A stretch of DNA of 64,000 nt, from contig CM052816.1 in assembly GCA_028534125.1 (NCBI GenBank), positions 23,686,001-23,750,000 on the forward strand, given 5' to 3'. The first letter of the stretch is position 1. Every line of letters begins with the position of its first letter. The notes under the pieces were generated by a model. The model was given only the letters and a program-made list of their open reading frames with translations, was not told where the DNA came from and ran no database searches. This document shows, in pieces, positions 23,751-37,639 of this stretch. The position numbers and the translations under genes were made by a program. Source of the stretch: Lama glama. Its lineage: Eukaryota.

Positions 23751-23876
23751 CCTTTCCGGGGAGGGGGCAGAAATTAGGTTTACTTATTTATTTATTAAAG
23801 GGGGTACCAGGGATTGAACCCAGGACCTTGCACATGGTAAGCATGCACACTGCCACTGAGCTGTACCCTCCTCTCT
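23751..23876 (-). mobile_element. tRNA-derived SINE, camelid vic-1-like
   Basis: Minus strand reads ggagggtacagctcagtggcag (A box)...ggtcctgggttcaatccc (B box)...aataaataaataagtaaacctaatt. Degenerate 17-bp TSD (14/17) at 23734-23750 and 23877-23893. Confidence 0.85.
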
Positions 23877-24574
23877 CACCAGTCACTGTTTCTTAATCCA
23901 TGAAACCACTCTTGCTGCTACATCTCAGCCAAATGCCCAAGGCAAGTTTCAAATGGGTATTGTGGTATGTTAGGGGGTGGTAAATGGCTTTTTCCTTTAA
24001 GAAACCATCCTCAGTTTTCAATAATTTATTATTGCCCTCACAGCAGAATACTCTCCCTCATTTCCTGGTCCAGTATGTTAGCTCATGCCCCCAGCAGTAC
24101 GTCTGGTGTATTTTTACCCCCAGGACTCAGAGTAGTAGCCAGTGGGTGCCCCTCACTCCCCAAGAAGAGTTTTTGATTTCTTGGAAATTCAAAGTGCAAA
24201 TGGAGCTCTTACAGAGTTTACCTTCTACAAGTCTGTCATAAGCAAATACTTAAAAGATTGCATTTGCTTTCCCTTCTTTTCTCTACCTTCTGCTGACCAT
24301 AGAGAAGTTTTAAAGCATTCTATAAGATCCTTTCAACTCACTCTCATTACTGTCTCCCAATGGACCCAGAAGCCATCACTCCTTCTAATAGTCTGCATCA
24401 TCTAAGCCCAGCAGTTTCCCAACAAGGGCAAAAATACCTATTCAAAGAAACCTCTTTTGGGGGTTCTAATGAATCTTTGGAGGAGATGTGTGCTACGGAA
24501 CATGCTCAGCTATCCTGGATACAAACCCGCAAGTAGTGGGAACGCGTCCAGGCAACCACAAAGGTTAGCACCAA

Positions 24575-24797
24575 GTCACTGCTTACTGAGCACTTACTAG
24601 GTGCCGGACACTGTTGTAACTCGTTCATTCCTGAAAACAATCCTATGATGTGGGTACTACTATTGATCTCATAGATAAACAGCCAGGATACAAAAAGGTT
24701 AAGTCACTTGTCCAAGGTCACATTGATCATAACTGGCAGAGACATGACTGGAACATATGGAGTAATTTAGAGTTTCCACTCTGAACCACTGTGCTAG
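24575..24797 (-). mobile_element. MIR SINE
   Basis: ttactgagcacttactaggtgcc...aggttaagtcacttgtccaaggtcaca...ctctgaaccactgtgct. Confidence 0.8.
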
Positions 24798-25807
24798 GTT
24801 TCAAGAAATAGCACAGTTTCTTTATTTTCTTCAAATAAACTTAAATTACTCCCAGGAATCCTCAGGCGGAAGGAAATCCCATCTCAGTCATGCTGGGGCA
24901 CCCAATCAAATGTCTGCAGTTCCACGGGTTGTGAACCATCCTGGGTGCAACCCTAGGTGGATTCTCACGTATGGTGGGTCCAAATCTTACTCTAAAATGT
25001 CCCATTGCTATGTGTCTCTAAAACAGTATTTCCACCAAATGCCTACCAACTTGAACGGTGGGAAGTTTTATTTCAGCCAAGTGTGTAGGGCCCTCTTCCT
25101 CTTTAGGCTTACGCAAGAAGCCCAGAGGCACAGGTAGGCCAGGACATTAGGGGAAGCTACCCTTTCTCTAGTTCCTCTTGGTCTCCAGGCCAAGCTAGTG
25201 GCTGCAGTTGTGTTCACTGTCCTGTCCTGCCTGGGACCTTGAAGTCAGAGACTCTGTCAATGAGATGCCAAGCTAAAGCCCAGAGCCAGTATCCAGGATG
25301 GAGCATCCTAGTACGTGGGACCCCACTTTAGAAGAAACCATCCACCCAGTCTCCTAGAAGCCCTGACAATGCCAGGGGTCCCAGGAAACAACAGGGCACA
25401 GAAGGTCTCATACACTTGTCGCCATACCCAGTCCTGGGAGAAGCTCTCAAAATCTTTTCTCCTCCCCAGCTTCATCCAGCTCCTGAATGTCCTCCTCTCC
25501 TTAGACAGTCTGATGCCACTTTAACAAAAGCTCTCAATGGGTATTGTTTTGTCTGACAACTTTTACTCTTGACCCTGCCACACAAAAGCCATTATTAATT
25601 CCCCAAGGTAGTGAAAAAAGACTTGGTCACTATGTTGGAAAATGGAAGGAGAAATTATCTACAGCAAAAGAACAAAAGAAAAATTATTATTTCAATAAAC
25701 TATCCTACATTTTATATACATTTACTTAAAAATCATCCTAATAGATTTATTCTAAAATATTAATAGTGTATATCATGAGCTCCTGAGCTTTTAAATTACT
25801 TTCTCTT

Positions 25808-26410
25808 GTCAATGATGAAATCAAAGTTGAAATTAAAAAAATACCTTGAGACAAATGAAAATGAAAACACAACCACACAAAATTTATGGGACGCAGCAAA
25901 GGCAGTGCTAAGAGGGAAGTTTATAGTGATACAGGCCTTCCTCAAAAAGGAAGAACAATCTCAAATAAACAATCTAACCCACCAGCTAAAAGAATTAGAA
26001 AAAGAAGAGCAAAAAACCCCAAAAGTCAGCAGAAGGAAGGAAATAATAAAGATCAGGAAGGAAATAAATAAAATAGAGACTAAAAAAAAAATAGAAAAAA
26101 TCAATCAAACCAAAAGCTGGTTTTTTGAAAGAGTAAATAAAATCAACAAACCTCTGGCCAAACTCACAAAGAAGAAAAAACAGAGAGCACAAATAGGCAA
26201 AATAAGAAAGGAAAATGGAGAAATTATAACAAATAACATAGAAATACAGAATATCATACGAGAATATTATGAAAAACTATATGGCACCAAAATGGATAAC
26301 CTAGAGGAGATGGACAAGTTTCTGTAAACATACAGTCCACCAAGACTGAATCAAGAAGAAACTGACCACTTGAACAAACTGATCACTAGAAACGAAATAG
26401 AATTAGCAAT
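25808..26410 (+). mobile_element. Young L1 ORF2 internal fragment, truncated at both ends, no poly(A)
   Basis: ORF 25806-26327 (KKYLETNENENTTTQNLWDAAKAVLRGKF...KSWFFERVNKINKPLAKL...YYEKLY...DNLEEMDKFL) continues past one stop as TYSPPRLNQEETDHLNKLITRNEIELAI. Confidence 0.95.
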
Positions 26411-28127
26411 AAACTACTTTTTCTTTCTTTTAATCATATTTTCAAGGTTTTCACAATGAATGTGTATTTGCAAGTTTTTTTCAAATGTTGATTTTTCATT
26501 TAAAAGTGCTCACTTGGGGATTTTGTCACCTAATACAAAGGTTAAATATTTCCTTCAATTAAGAATGCCAAAAAGACTTTGCAGTTTGAAATCAAGCAAA
26601 TATATCTCTTTAGTGTACATGGTATGTGATCCTAGTGAACAGCGACTGCACACATAGGTTCTATTTTAACTTAAAAAAAAAAACTTTAGAAAAAAAATTT
26701 AAAAATACTGTTCAGTTCCTGGGGAAAAAGGGGGAGGGAACAACCACCCACTCACTGACAAGTGGGAAAATGTAAGTCCATTTGGTCCCCCCTCACATTA
26801 AAAAAAGGACTCAAATCCACTTCAGTTTGTCCTATCTCACTTTAATCACTGTCTTAGAGAAAAACTTTTTTTCATAAATCAAAAAGTTAGTAGAATTCAG
26901 AAACAATGGACATTTTATTGTGGTGGATCCAGTACACTTTACATCACTTTCAGTGACATCAAGGACAAGCCACAGTTTGACTAGTGAGATTAAAATTTAC
27001 CTCACAGTTATTCAACCCCAGTGCATTTGGGGTTTTATAACCAATTTCCCAAAGTAGATTACCCCTCCTGATGCTGAAGGTTAGAGACTTTTGAGTGTGT
27101 GTGTATGTGTGTGTATTTTTACAGAAAAGGAAAACAGACCACCCCTGAAGTTAGGGTATTTCTAACATATTTGTAGGGGGGAACAAATAGTTTTTCCAGA
27201 AGTCAAAGTAACCTCTGAAAAACTGGGGAGTAAAAATCCTAATAGTAAGTGTTAGAATTTTCCTTATGCTAATGGTTTTCCTAGAAGAGTAGAAAAATAA
27301 GTTTCTTAGAGAATTATGTTGCATTCCTAAGAAAAGTTTTGAATCAGCTGGCTTCCATACGTAGCTCAGTAGTGAGGCACTAATTCGAATTCTCACACAT
27401 TTTTAAGAAGGATGGCTTGTTACCAGGGCAACCTTGATACTGATTTGAATTATCAGAGTAATCAATTGTCTCTTTCCTTGGTTTTTAATTATAACTTACT
27501 GTTAACTTAAATTCAACACTACCAATTTAGTCTGATAAAGACTGTAGTGGTATATATTTGAATCAACAGTGTTATTTGAGGGGGAGGGAGGAGGGGATGG
27601 TTGGGATTATCCAGTAAATTATATTTGAAGTACATATGCTTTGTATTTCAATGTAAGTTATTTACATCCTATTGTTGAAGTAGATGATCTAAGTATTCAG
27701 TATCTCTATCACTTACCAACACCACCCCAACACTGAATGTGCTTAAACAGTGATACGTGCTATATTAAAAGCCTTTGCATTGTACAGTGTGAAAGAGTAT
27801 GGCTTTTTATAAATGTAAAAAGCTTCCAGAAAAAACTGTGAGTATTTTTTTCTGAAACCACTCTATAATTTCAAACTTAGGAAAAATTAAAGAGAAGAAT
27901 AAATCACCATCACTCTCAAATAAATTCCTTCCAAGCATCGTGAATGTTTTTAAGGTAAAAAATCAATATGCTAAAATGAACAAAAAAGATGTGTTTTCTC
28001 AAAGATATATATATTATTTTAATACTGAGATAATTTAAGATGTTACTATAAGGAAAAAGGAAAAAAAATAAGACATCCTCCTTATCTTTTATATTCACGT
28101 CACTTTTTTGCTTTTAAAGTATATTCA

Positions 28128-28337
28128 TTTTGCAGATACTAACTACTATATATAAAATAGATGAACAACAAGTTTATACTATATAGCACAGGGAACTATA
28201 TTCAATATCTTATAGCAACCTATAATGAAAAAGAATATGAAAACAAATATATGTATGTATCTGTATGACTGGAACATTACGCTGTATGTCAGAAATTGAC
28301 ACAACATTGTAAACTGACTATACTTCAATAAAAAAAT
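28128..28337 (+). mobile_element. Younger L1 3' end
   Basis: tatagcacagggaactatattcaatatctt...aaattgacacaacattgtaaactgactatacttcaataaaaaaa. Confidence 0.85.
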
Positions 28338-28599
28338 GTATTTAAATGTTTTTAAAACTTTTTACTCAAACATTGGATAGAGACCAAAAAATAAGAAAGT
28401 TAACTTTTAGAAGATTATAAAATTAGCACTATAGAGGAAATCATAAACAGAGCCACTAAGGAAAAAAGAAGCAGTTACATAAGCAGAGGATGAGAGCAAG
28501 GAATACGCAAGGAAAGTTGTGGTCAACTTCAGTCGTCCTCAGTAAAGCACACCTCCCAGGAGTCCTTTCCCTCTGTGACTCTGGGTGCCTCAAGTAGTT

Positions 28600-29020
28600 A
28601 GAGATAGACACTGGCTGGGAAGAGATAAGACAGAACTTTCTATGGTGATGATAATGTTCTATCTAAACTTTGATAGCAGTTTGTATGCACAAAACTCACC
28701 TAATGGTAGACTTAAGATTTGTACATTTCATCACATGAAAATTTTACCATAAAACAGAGCCTGTAAACAAGTACTGAACCCTAGTTGATATGCATGCTGA
28801 AATATTTGGGGAAAAGTATCCTAATTTCTGCAACTTACATCAAAAAAATATTCATCAAAAAAAAAGCATGATGGCTTAATGGATGGAAGAAGGATAACTA
28901 AATGGACAGATGTGTGATACAGTATATTAAAATGTTCATGGTAAAATCTGGGCAAGAGTATATGGATATTTACTGTAAATTTTTTTCAACTTTTCTGTAT
29001 GGTTAAAAATTTTCATAAGA
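28600..29020 (+). mobile_element. L1MC-type 3' UTR
   Basis: gaactttctatggtgatgataatgttcta...atatgcatgctgaaatattt...caacttttctgtatggttaaaaattttcataa. Confidence 0.75.
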
Positions 29021-29049
29021 AATCCCAGACATTGCTGATTTAAAAAAAA

Positions 29050-29920
29050 AATCCTACTGACTTTAGATACAATAAAAGGTGAAAAACATACAATGGCATC
29101 AGATTAGAAGCTAGAAGATAAAAAGAATGGCTTTTTCAGATTAAGGATCTCAGAAACTTTGTCCATAAACAACTTTCCTCAGTAGGACGTGCTCCACCAA
29201 TACAAAAGAGTAAACTAAGAAAAAGGAAGAAACAGCATCCAGGAAATGAGATTCAATATATGGGTAACGTAAGGAGGATTTCCAGCTGAAATGTGACAAG
29301 AAGCCCCAGGATGACGAATGTGCAGCTGGTCTAGATAACAAACACTGCAGAACAGAGAGCTCAAAAAGGATGTTGCCCAGGGGTGGGGGGCCTGGGGGGA
29401 TGAGATTGATAGATTATCTGTTGTGCTTGATTTATGATTTTATTGTGAGGAGTTCCATATATCTGAAGAATTTGGTGATTGCTAACAATAAATGTGTATA
29501 ATATCAGCAAAAACGTTTTAAAGAATTTTCTTACTAACACCAAGAAAAACAAAAAGCTTTACAAAAAGTAAAATATCTCCACACTCTAAGCTCAGCTGAC
29601 TACAATATTAATGTAGTCATAGGAATGTAAACGTTCAATATTGATTTAACCAAAAATGACTCCATAACTATGTTGGAAGTGACATAGTATCTATAGCTGA
29701 AAAATCCAGAAAATTCTGAATTACATAATTAAGCAGAATATTTGGAAATACAGCAGAAGAAAGTGTAAGCGTTGATAATCCTCAACCCTGAATGCAGAAA
29801 TGAAGGACAAGGGTGTGTGAGAGTAGCTGCTGTCTACTGTCAAAAGCCTTATTTTCTTCCTTGGCTTTTAGAAGTGCGTACAGGCATTTGCTTTGATAAA
29901 ATTTATAATTTAATTAAAAG
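29050..29920 (+). mobile_element. HAL1-like element
   Basis: catccaggaaatgagattcaa...aagccccaggatgacgaatgtgcagctggtctagataacaaac resembles recalled HAL1. Confidence 0.6.
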
Positions 29921-30699
29921 CTTCTTCTATCTAGTGCACCTACAGGTATAGTGAGGATTTATTTTTTCCATATCCTACCCATTGAAATACCAGACATTCC
30001 TTGGTATGTCAAAAAGGAAGGAATGCAAATACTTCAGAAAATAGGAAGACCATAGTGGATTTACCATGTGTGAGCTGTCGAATCCATGCTCTACTCACTT
30101 TTCTCACCAAGAAGACACACATCGGTGAGAACAGCACCAGCGTTTTAGAAAGGCATTTTCATGATAGCTCTCTTGGGGATGCCGCTTGGAGAAATTCCCA
30201 ATGAATCAGCTTCCTTCGTTTTAGTAAGATGTCCATTATGTAGCATTTAATCCTAGAGGGAAAGAAGGCATAGCTACTACAGCATCAAAATGTTCCAACC
30301 TACATATTTTTGGCAATGATTAATCACCCATGGGGTTTCTGGGGTTGAAGTAGGAGGACAACCTGCTAAAGTCTTACTTGACTTATATAATTGAAAAAAC
30401 TATGCATTCTGGTTTAAAAAAAAAAAAACCTAAAATAGGAATTAAATTCTTGACCTCTCACCCAGTTCCTAGAACAAGGTCATTTCACAGACTCAGGTCT
30501 CCATTAATAAAGAAGAGCCTAGTGATCTTGAAGGATATGAAAACCACAAGTAACACATTCAGAGAAGTACATTGCATAGAAATAAGGAGGACTCATATTT
30601 GGGAGTCAGTCTACCTGAATTTAAATTCCGGCTCCACCACTTACCAGCTGTGGCATTTACCAAGTTAACTACATTATAGAGTAAGAAAAAATTCAAATA

Positions 30700-32480
30700 T
30701 TTAGGGAAATCTATGACACTGTGTGAGAGCCAACACTAATTTCTGAGAACCTAGGATTCTAGTGCTAACCACCACTCTCTATAGAACGAAAACTAATGGG
30801 CATTTTTCCATCTCAAGGTAAACCAAGTGTTGGCATCCTGCATAACAATGCCTCTGACCAAAGCATTTACTTTACATTAAACATGACCAGTGGATTGGTT
30901 TTATCATGTGCCCAGCATCTGGAGTCAAAAAGAGGTGAAAAGGCTAGTGAAGATTGATTTCAATAATCACATAGGAGAAAATCCTTGAAAAATCCATGTG
31001 GTGTGGTTCTGCAGATGAAGTAACTGTTGTGAACCAGCAAGTAGGAAGTAATTCTGTTTTTCCCAAAGCCAAGCTGTCTTAGTCCAGAAACCAAGGGCTG
31101 GAACGATGGTGGTGCTATTATTCACAATGACCTAATTACTAATTCCACTTTGCAAAATTTTTCGTTCCATCCCATCATCTTCAGACTCTGCTACTGATGT
31201 GGAGATAATAAAAAATAGAGCAATGCTTTCAGCATTTAATGGAGGTGAGACAGCCACTGGGCCATTTCATACTTTTTATGTCACTATGAAGACAGGCCAA
31301 AAAAAAAGGAGAGAGAGAATATTTTAGCCTGATTTGATTGAGTCTAATTCTCAAGGAAAATTAGGATAGCTGTTATACAATGGAAGCAGGAAGGAGAATA
31401 AACAGAACACCTTCTCACATTACCAAGTCCAGCGTTAGAAGTTAATCAAAGACTGGCAATCTATTCAGGCAGAACCACCAAAAGCTTAGGTCCCTCAGGA
31501 ATGAAGGTTTGAGTGATCCCACTGGGTAAAGAATCCCAGCCAGCTGAGGTGCTAACAGAGTGCAAAGCAAACAGAAATGCTTTGTGGAGGAAGAAAGTTA
31601 TAAATACCAACTACTGCCTCATAGCAAGTTGCAGAAACAAAGACTAATGCCTCTACCTATTTTTCCTTCCTTGTTGAGTCATGGCTTTATTTACACATTT
31701 TAGTAAAGTTTCCTTTTCTTGGGAAGGTTTGTTGGAAGTAATTAATGATGTAATGCATGTCATTAGTGGCAGAATTCTGAAGTGGGATTGTGCAAAACTA
31801 GAGAAAATACACACCACCCAGAGATTCTGGATTTGGAGCCTAACTCACTTTGGGCTTTCTCCCATTGGGGAGGGAAGAAAGATATTTTAAGTGGTATGTG
31901 GAACAGTTACTTTATGTTGGGTGAAGGCATTTTTTAATGCAAATATGTGCAGAAGAACATACAGAGGTAGCCAAAAGAATAAATTATAATGAATGTTTGT
32001 CATTTGTTGGCTCCACAAACCCCTTCGAAATGGAAGGCATCTTCATTGTATGAGGCCTGGAGAGACACTGCCCACCTCCTGATACAGGGGTCAAAGAAAG
32101 CCAGGTAGGCCCCTCCCCTGCCCCAGCAGCAACAATAGGAACCCGGACCTAGTCTCGGATATTGAGCTCTTTCCCCAGCTTTTGTACCTTCAACGAGCGA
32201 CACTGAGATGAACCTAAGGGTGCAGTGTTCAGTGGCAGAGATGGGTAGTGATAATGGCCTTACCATCGGTGCACTGTCAGCAGTAGAGGTAGGGCCAGGG
32301 CACTGCCCTGAGCATTTCAGAGGAGAGACCCTGCCTGTGCTCCCACTTCCTGGCCTCCCCTTGCCTCCTACCTTACATCCTTCTAGTAAATTCCTTCTTA
32401 AATTAGACAAAGTTGTTTTCCATTACTTGCAATCAGGAGCCAAGTGAGACAAAACTGCTTCACTACTTTAGAAGAGAGAG
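30700..32480 (+). mobile_element. ERVL/MaLR internal relic followed by its LTR
   Basis: ccctcaggaatgaaggtttgagtgatcccactgggtaaagaatcccagccagctgaggtgct...ttgcagaaacaaagact is an ERVL-int 3' motif. LTR-like from ~31985, ending taaattccttcttaaattagac...ttacttgcaatc. Confidence 0.7.
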
Positions 32481-33499
32481 CCACTTCATCAGGGCTAGCC
32501 CATCTGAAAGCAGGAAGGGGAGAAATATATGGCTCTGTTAAAAGAAACCCTTTCTGCCTGCAGCCAGGAACCAAGTACGTCAGAAAGTCTGATAATATTG
32601 GGCCAAAAATCTCTGCCTCAAGCTAACATAAATGAGAGAAAAGAGAAAGGGAGAAACATTGCAGGATTTACGACTGAGACCTGGAAAGGCCTGACTTCCA
32701 TGTCTATCCAAGCACCAACTCTAGTGTGCTCAGTTTGACAAAGGTGTCAACTACCCATGCACAAGCTTTGTAGATAATTTCAGGTCTCAAAAGACCTTCC
32801 CTGTTTTAGATGCCCCAAAAGAGAGTCATTCAATAGATAGTAAGTAATTAAGTGCAAGGTTGCTACCACTAATGGAATCCCCAAATTAGGTGGCACTGAT
32901 AAAACTATTGATTAATTTTTGAAAACTGCAGAGAATTGAGCATTACATTTAGAAAGACCACAGAGAAAAAAAATCTACAGAGTGCACTTTTGTAAGTCAA
33001 GGTACAAACTCAAGAACTGTATAAACTTTCCACATAAATATCTTTTCTTTATAATTGAACAACTATACATAAAACAGAGTTTTGCTACAGAGTGCAACAC
33101 TTGTATTAACTCCTCTTTACTTAGTCAATTTTTAAAATATCTTCTTTCCTTTAACAATATCCAAATGAAGTTTTTGTCTTTTCTTCTTCCAGCTTTTTTG
33201 TTCCAGATGGACTAGTGCCCAACATTGCTGAAGGGAGAATTTCTCCTCTGGAGTCAGTGGCATTCACTGGGGCCAATAATTCAAGTTCCCTCTGTTAATC
33301 TAAATCTAGCCCAGAAATAAAACTTTGGTCCTGGCCAGCTACCCCTTCAGCCAGATTCAGCTAAATTCATTTGAAGGTACAGCAAGGCAGCATGGTGCCC
33401 AAACACAATCTCTATTTCAGCCGTTCTTTGCGGGCCCCAGCCTTCCCCGCACTCCCTCTCTCTCAGTACAACCAGCCAGGGGCCCCCAAGCAAATAAAT

Positions 33500-34135
33500 G
33501 GCATCGACTTAGATTCCTACCTCTCCCCTCCTCACCAGTCCTCTTACAGCTGTCCACTTCTCTCCATTCCCGCGGGTAGACCTTCATCACCTCTCACATG
33601 AATTGCAAGCATTAGCCCCTCAAGCCCTCGGAAACCTCGGCTCCCTCTGCTCCACCCTCAGCAGTACACCAAGAGGACTTTCCTAAAGCAAATCATTCTT
33701 CTGCTTAAAATTAGTCAGTCGCCACCCACTGCCTTAGGAAGACACCTTAGCATATCTTCAACGGCCATACAGAATTTAGCCCTCTATTGCCAATTGAATA
33801 TAATCTTTACACCACCTGCATAGCCCCGCAAACATCACATTTCCTTGTGCCTGAGGCTTTGCCTGGGGGAAGGGAGGGGGCAGTGCTTCAAAGGTCTTTT
33901 TCTCCATACCCTTATTTCCCTAGCTGAATCTGCTCCTTCTTCTAACCGCAGCTCAGATACTGCCTCTGCCAGAAGCTCTTCTGATTGCTCAAACCTTAGG
34001 AAGCTCTGTAAAGGCCACCGCCAAGTTGTAATTGCCTTTGTCAGTATTCCCAGGGCAGTCAACTGTGTGCTCTTCAATGTCAGCCTATCTAGTACCCAGT
34101 AAGCAATAAAAAGCTTCTGAATGAGTGGATGATTT
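33500..34135 (+). mobile_element. L2 LINE 3' portion
   Basis: Pyrimidine-rich L2 body ending cctatctagtacccagtaagcaataaaaagcttctgaatgagtggatga. Confidence 0.65.
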
Positions 34136-37100
34136 ACAAACTTGGGTGCTTTTCTATGTTGTTTAAAATCGAGGCCTGAAATCTTAAACTATTTCAGAAG
34201 AGAAATGCACATTTGTATCAAAAATGCAAAGACCTCCAACTTGTCTTCTCTGAGAATTCTGCAATTCAGGTAGAAATGAAAGTTTTACTGGCTGTTGTAT
34301 GTTTCCTCTGCAGTCTGAGTAGGAAAATTATTAAGCAACTGATGAACATGAAACATTTGTGAATGTCACCAAATTCCATTTTAGAAGATAGCTACTTTCA
34401 CTGACACCCTAATAACATTTTTTAGAATCAAGTATATTCATTAATACATCTAATTTGGGAAATTATTTTTTTAGAATTATTCATTCTTCAGTATGTATTA
34501 GCTTAAAAGAAGTAGAAGGGAAGGTATATTAACAGTGCCGAGTTAACTGATTCTTAAAATGTATGTGGTGGGAGTTATAGATGAAGTAAGACTTGAAATT
34601 CTGAATTCATTTCATTTATTTAAAAAATGAGATATGAAGGGTTTGCAGTTACCTTTTAGAATTGTTATAAAACCACTATAGCAACAGAAATTCTAAAATA
34701 ACAATTTTCTCTCTTTTGCATTTTGTGGAACTATGAGGAAATAAGTGAAAACTGAGTGTCTGGAAGACTGTGTATCCACATGACCTTTCCAAGCCTTGTA
34801 TTTTAATTTTGTAAAATTTTTAGCAACTAAGAAAGATATGTTCTTAGGAAAAGCACAGGGTATTAATTTTTCCATTTTAATACAGAATATTGATGAAAGC
34901 TAGGAAATTTTGAATGAAAACATTTGAACCAGAATACTGTGAAGGCTTTTTTATGGTCAAATCTCATAGTTGGAACTTGGCATTAAAAAAAAAAAAAAAG
35001 GTGTTTAAAGGTTCCATTTGTCTTTCAAAGTCCAGTAGTTGCATAACTTTCCACGAGTGTTAATATGAGTTAAGAGCAGATCCTGAAAAGAAGTTTCCTT
35101 AAGTATTTTTATTATTTATATTTTGTTTGAGACTAGAGGGAAAGTAATATTCCCTCTGAGCCAATGAGCAATGGTTAAAGTGTTTAATGGGATATGGGAA
35201 AGCCATTAGTCGTTAATATTTGGGGAGCCCTAAATTCTAATTTCTACCTTATCTCTTTGTCAGGGTCCCATTATTCAAAGCTTGGGAAGGAGGGTTTGAT
35301 CGAAAGGAGCCTTTACGAAATCGTTAAGCAGTAGTAAGCTGGATATGAGGATATGCTACGATTTCCCTAGTGCCCTGCATTATAATTCCTTTATTATAAT
35401 ACCAGATCAGTATCAAACAGAAGAGTGCAGTTGCATCTGATCTTTATGCATTTTGATACCATTAGTGCACTAAAAGACACTGTGGTTTGCCCCATCTAAG
35501 GGAAGTTAACGATTCACACAGAAGGTTCATATTACACATCATAAGTTGATCACTCTTAGGGGACTAAGTGAGTGCTGGAGTTTTTATAAAAGAACTGAGT
35601 TGCCTGCAGTTGAACCTAAAGAGACTTTCAAAGACTACTGCCATGTTTGGCCCTTTGAACAAACACTTTTTAAAAGAAAAGACAGTGGTAACCATTTAGA
35701 TTTCATTGTTCTGTCCAGCTTAACTGGAAAAAAAAATAGTTGATTCTCTACTTCAGGTATTACTTCAAAAAGGAGTGAGGGTTGTTCATCTTGTGTGACA
35801 GTTTCAAATTCCCACACAGGGTGACGAAATTGTCACACCAATAATAAGATAAAAAGTCTTCATAGAATTAGTTCTACAAATTGTAAAACTGGTGTTTTAA
35901 CCATAGAAGAATTTCAGTATCAGGAAAACGAATGTTTTTACCTTTCCTTTGAGTGTCTGGTGAAGTCATACCACTTCCTTCACTCACGTGTAGCACTACA
36001 GAAAAACATGCAGGAGCTATGATTTTTCATGTTGCACTGGTACGTGCTGTTCACTCTGAGGTCTAAGGAAGGCTCCTACTACATTTTACTTGCAGTGCTA
36101 CAGCCCCTGGGCATTAGTTACAACCTGACCATTTCCCCTCATTACTCAGCACTGGAATATCAATGTAAAAGGGTATTTATTCAAAATCCACCGTTGTAAG
36201 TCTATCTTAATACCTGGAGTAGACATTTTATTGATGAAATGGGTCTGAACTGATGTAAAGAGTTGCAGAAGGTATGCATGGCAGACAATATTGTACAGCA
36301 GAAGGACCAAAGACTTCATGGAACTTTGGCTTCAATTCTAGTTGAGATCATTATTTCTTGGCTGTGTGAAAAAGGAGGGTTACTGCTGATTGGCAGTCAT
36401 TTTATTCATCCATTCTATTTCCAATTCCCCAAAGCTAATGGTAAAGTTTCAACCATTTGCCACTATCCTCAAGCTCATCATTCTTCCCCATATTACAAAG
36501 TCCTTACTAAACTGAACAAAAAAGATGCATTAGAATGACCTTAAAATCTTTTTACTGAAACTTCAATTGTGTCTATAATTTCTCCCTATGCATCTCATAG
36601 TAGGGTATATGTGTACATGGAGGTAAGTAGCAGAGTACTGGGTTCACAGCTTCCTGGAAGCTCATATTTGGAAAAGAAAAGATTTAAATTGTTGAACATG
36701 TAAAAACTGCACAAACATGTGCAAGTAAAGTCAAAATAAACATGTCAAAATCACACATGTTAAGGAAGGATTTACTGTTACACCATACATAGGTTCTCTG
36801 GTCCTTCCTCCCAGACTTCCCTCCAAAAACTTAAGGTACTGTGCACTGTGAAAAACAAGGAAGAGAATTACCAAAAACCTTTTAGGTAGTATTGGATCCT
36901 GAGTTCTAGCTAGCCTTAGTCCCAGACACCCATAAAATCATTTTGGTCTGATAGTGAAAATCAGACTTACAGGACAAGTGCCAAAATGGAGTACTTGCCC
37001 AAGGTCAATGAAACAAGAAACCTACTCAGTAATTACTGTCTTAGCTTATTGGTGTATACACAAATGGACATCTTTGGCCACTGGCAGAATCCCTATGCTA

Positions 37101-37169
37101 GCTCACTGACCCACAGTGTAAAGTTTTGTGGTAGGAAGGGCCAGACACAAGGCATTAGTATGCCTCAAT

Positions 37170-37592
37170 CCAGGCTCTAACACTAATTTCCATAATACAA
37201 AGTTTCAGGCACTTAACCCAGTAGTAGAGGACTTCTTGCTCATGTGACAGGCCAGTATGGGTGTTTCTGAACGGTGGCATTCATTCACGTAGTGATTCAG
37301 AGATTCAGAATCTTTGTCTCTTAAATCTCTGTCATTCCCTAGAGCACTGTCATCCTCTGCATCTACATGGTAGCAGGGAAGATTTTAAAAACTGCAAAAG
37401 AAGCACAAGACTTCTTAGCTTCTTTGTCCTGAAAATAGTAGCCATGATTTCTACTTACATTTCCTTAGCTAGAGCACAGTCACCTGATCACACCTTAAGA
37501 CCTACAAAGGAAGCTGCTAGATACAGCCTAGAAATAATTTCAGGAAGAATAAAAGAATAATGATGTGGTGAACAGCCAGTGCTCTGCCACAT
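37170..37592 (-). mobile_element. MLT1-type LTR, degraded
   Basis: tttctacttacatttccttagctagagcacagtcacctgatcacacc...ggaagctgctagatacagcctag...ggtgaacagccagtgctctgccaca. Confidence 0.6.
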
Positions 37593-37639
37593 TTGAGATA
37601 TTTGTATCATGTCAAACACTTCAAAGATGCACCTCTTTC

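Noticed and set aside
23800..23873. tRNA gene on the minus strand
   Set aside because: The tRNA-like head continues into an AT-rich tail and is bounded by TSDs, so it is a SINE.
25806..26327. 173-aa ORF as a host gene
   Set aside because: It is L1 ORF2 sequence with a frameshift at the start and a premature stop.
32000..32410. 136-aa minus-strand ORF
   Set aside because: Falls within LTR-like sequence; chance ORF in GC-richer DNA.
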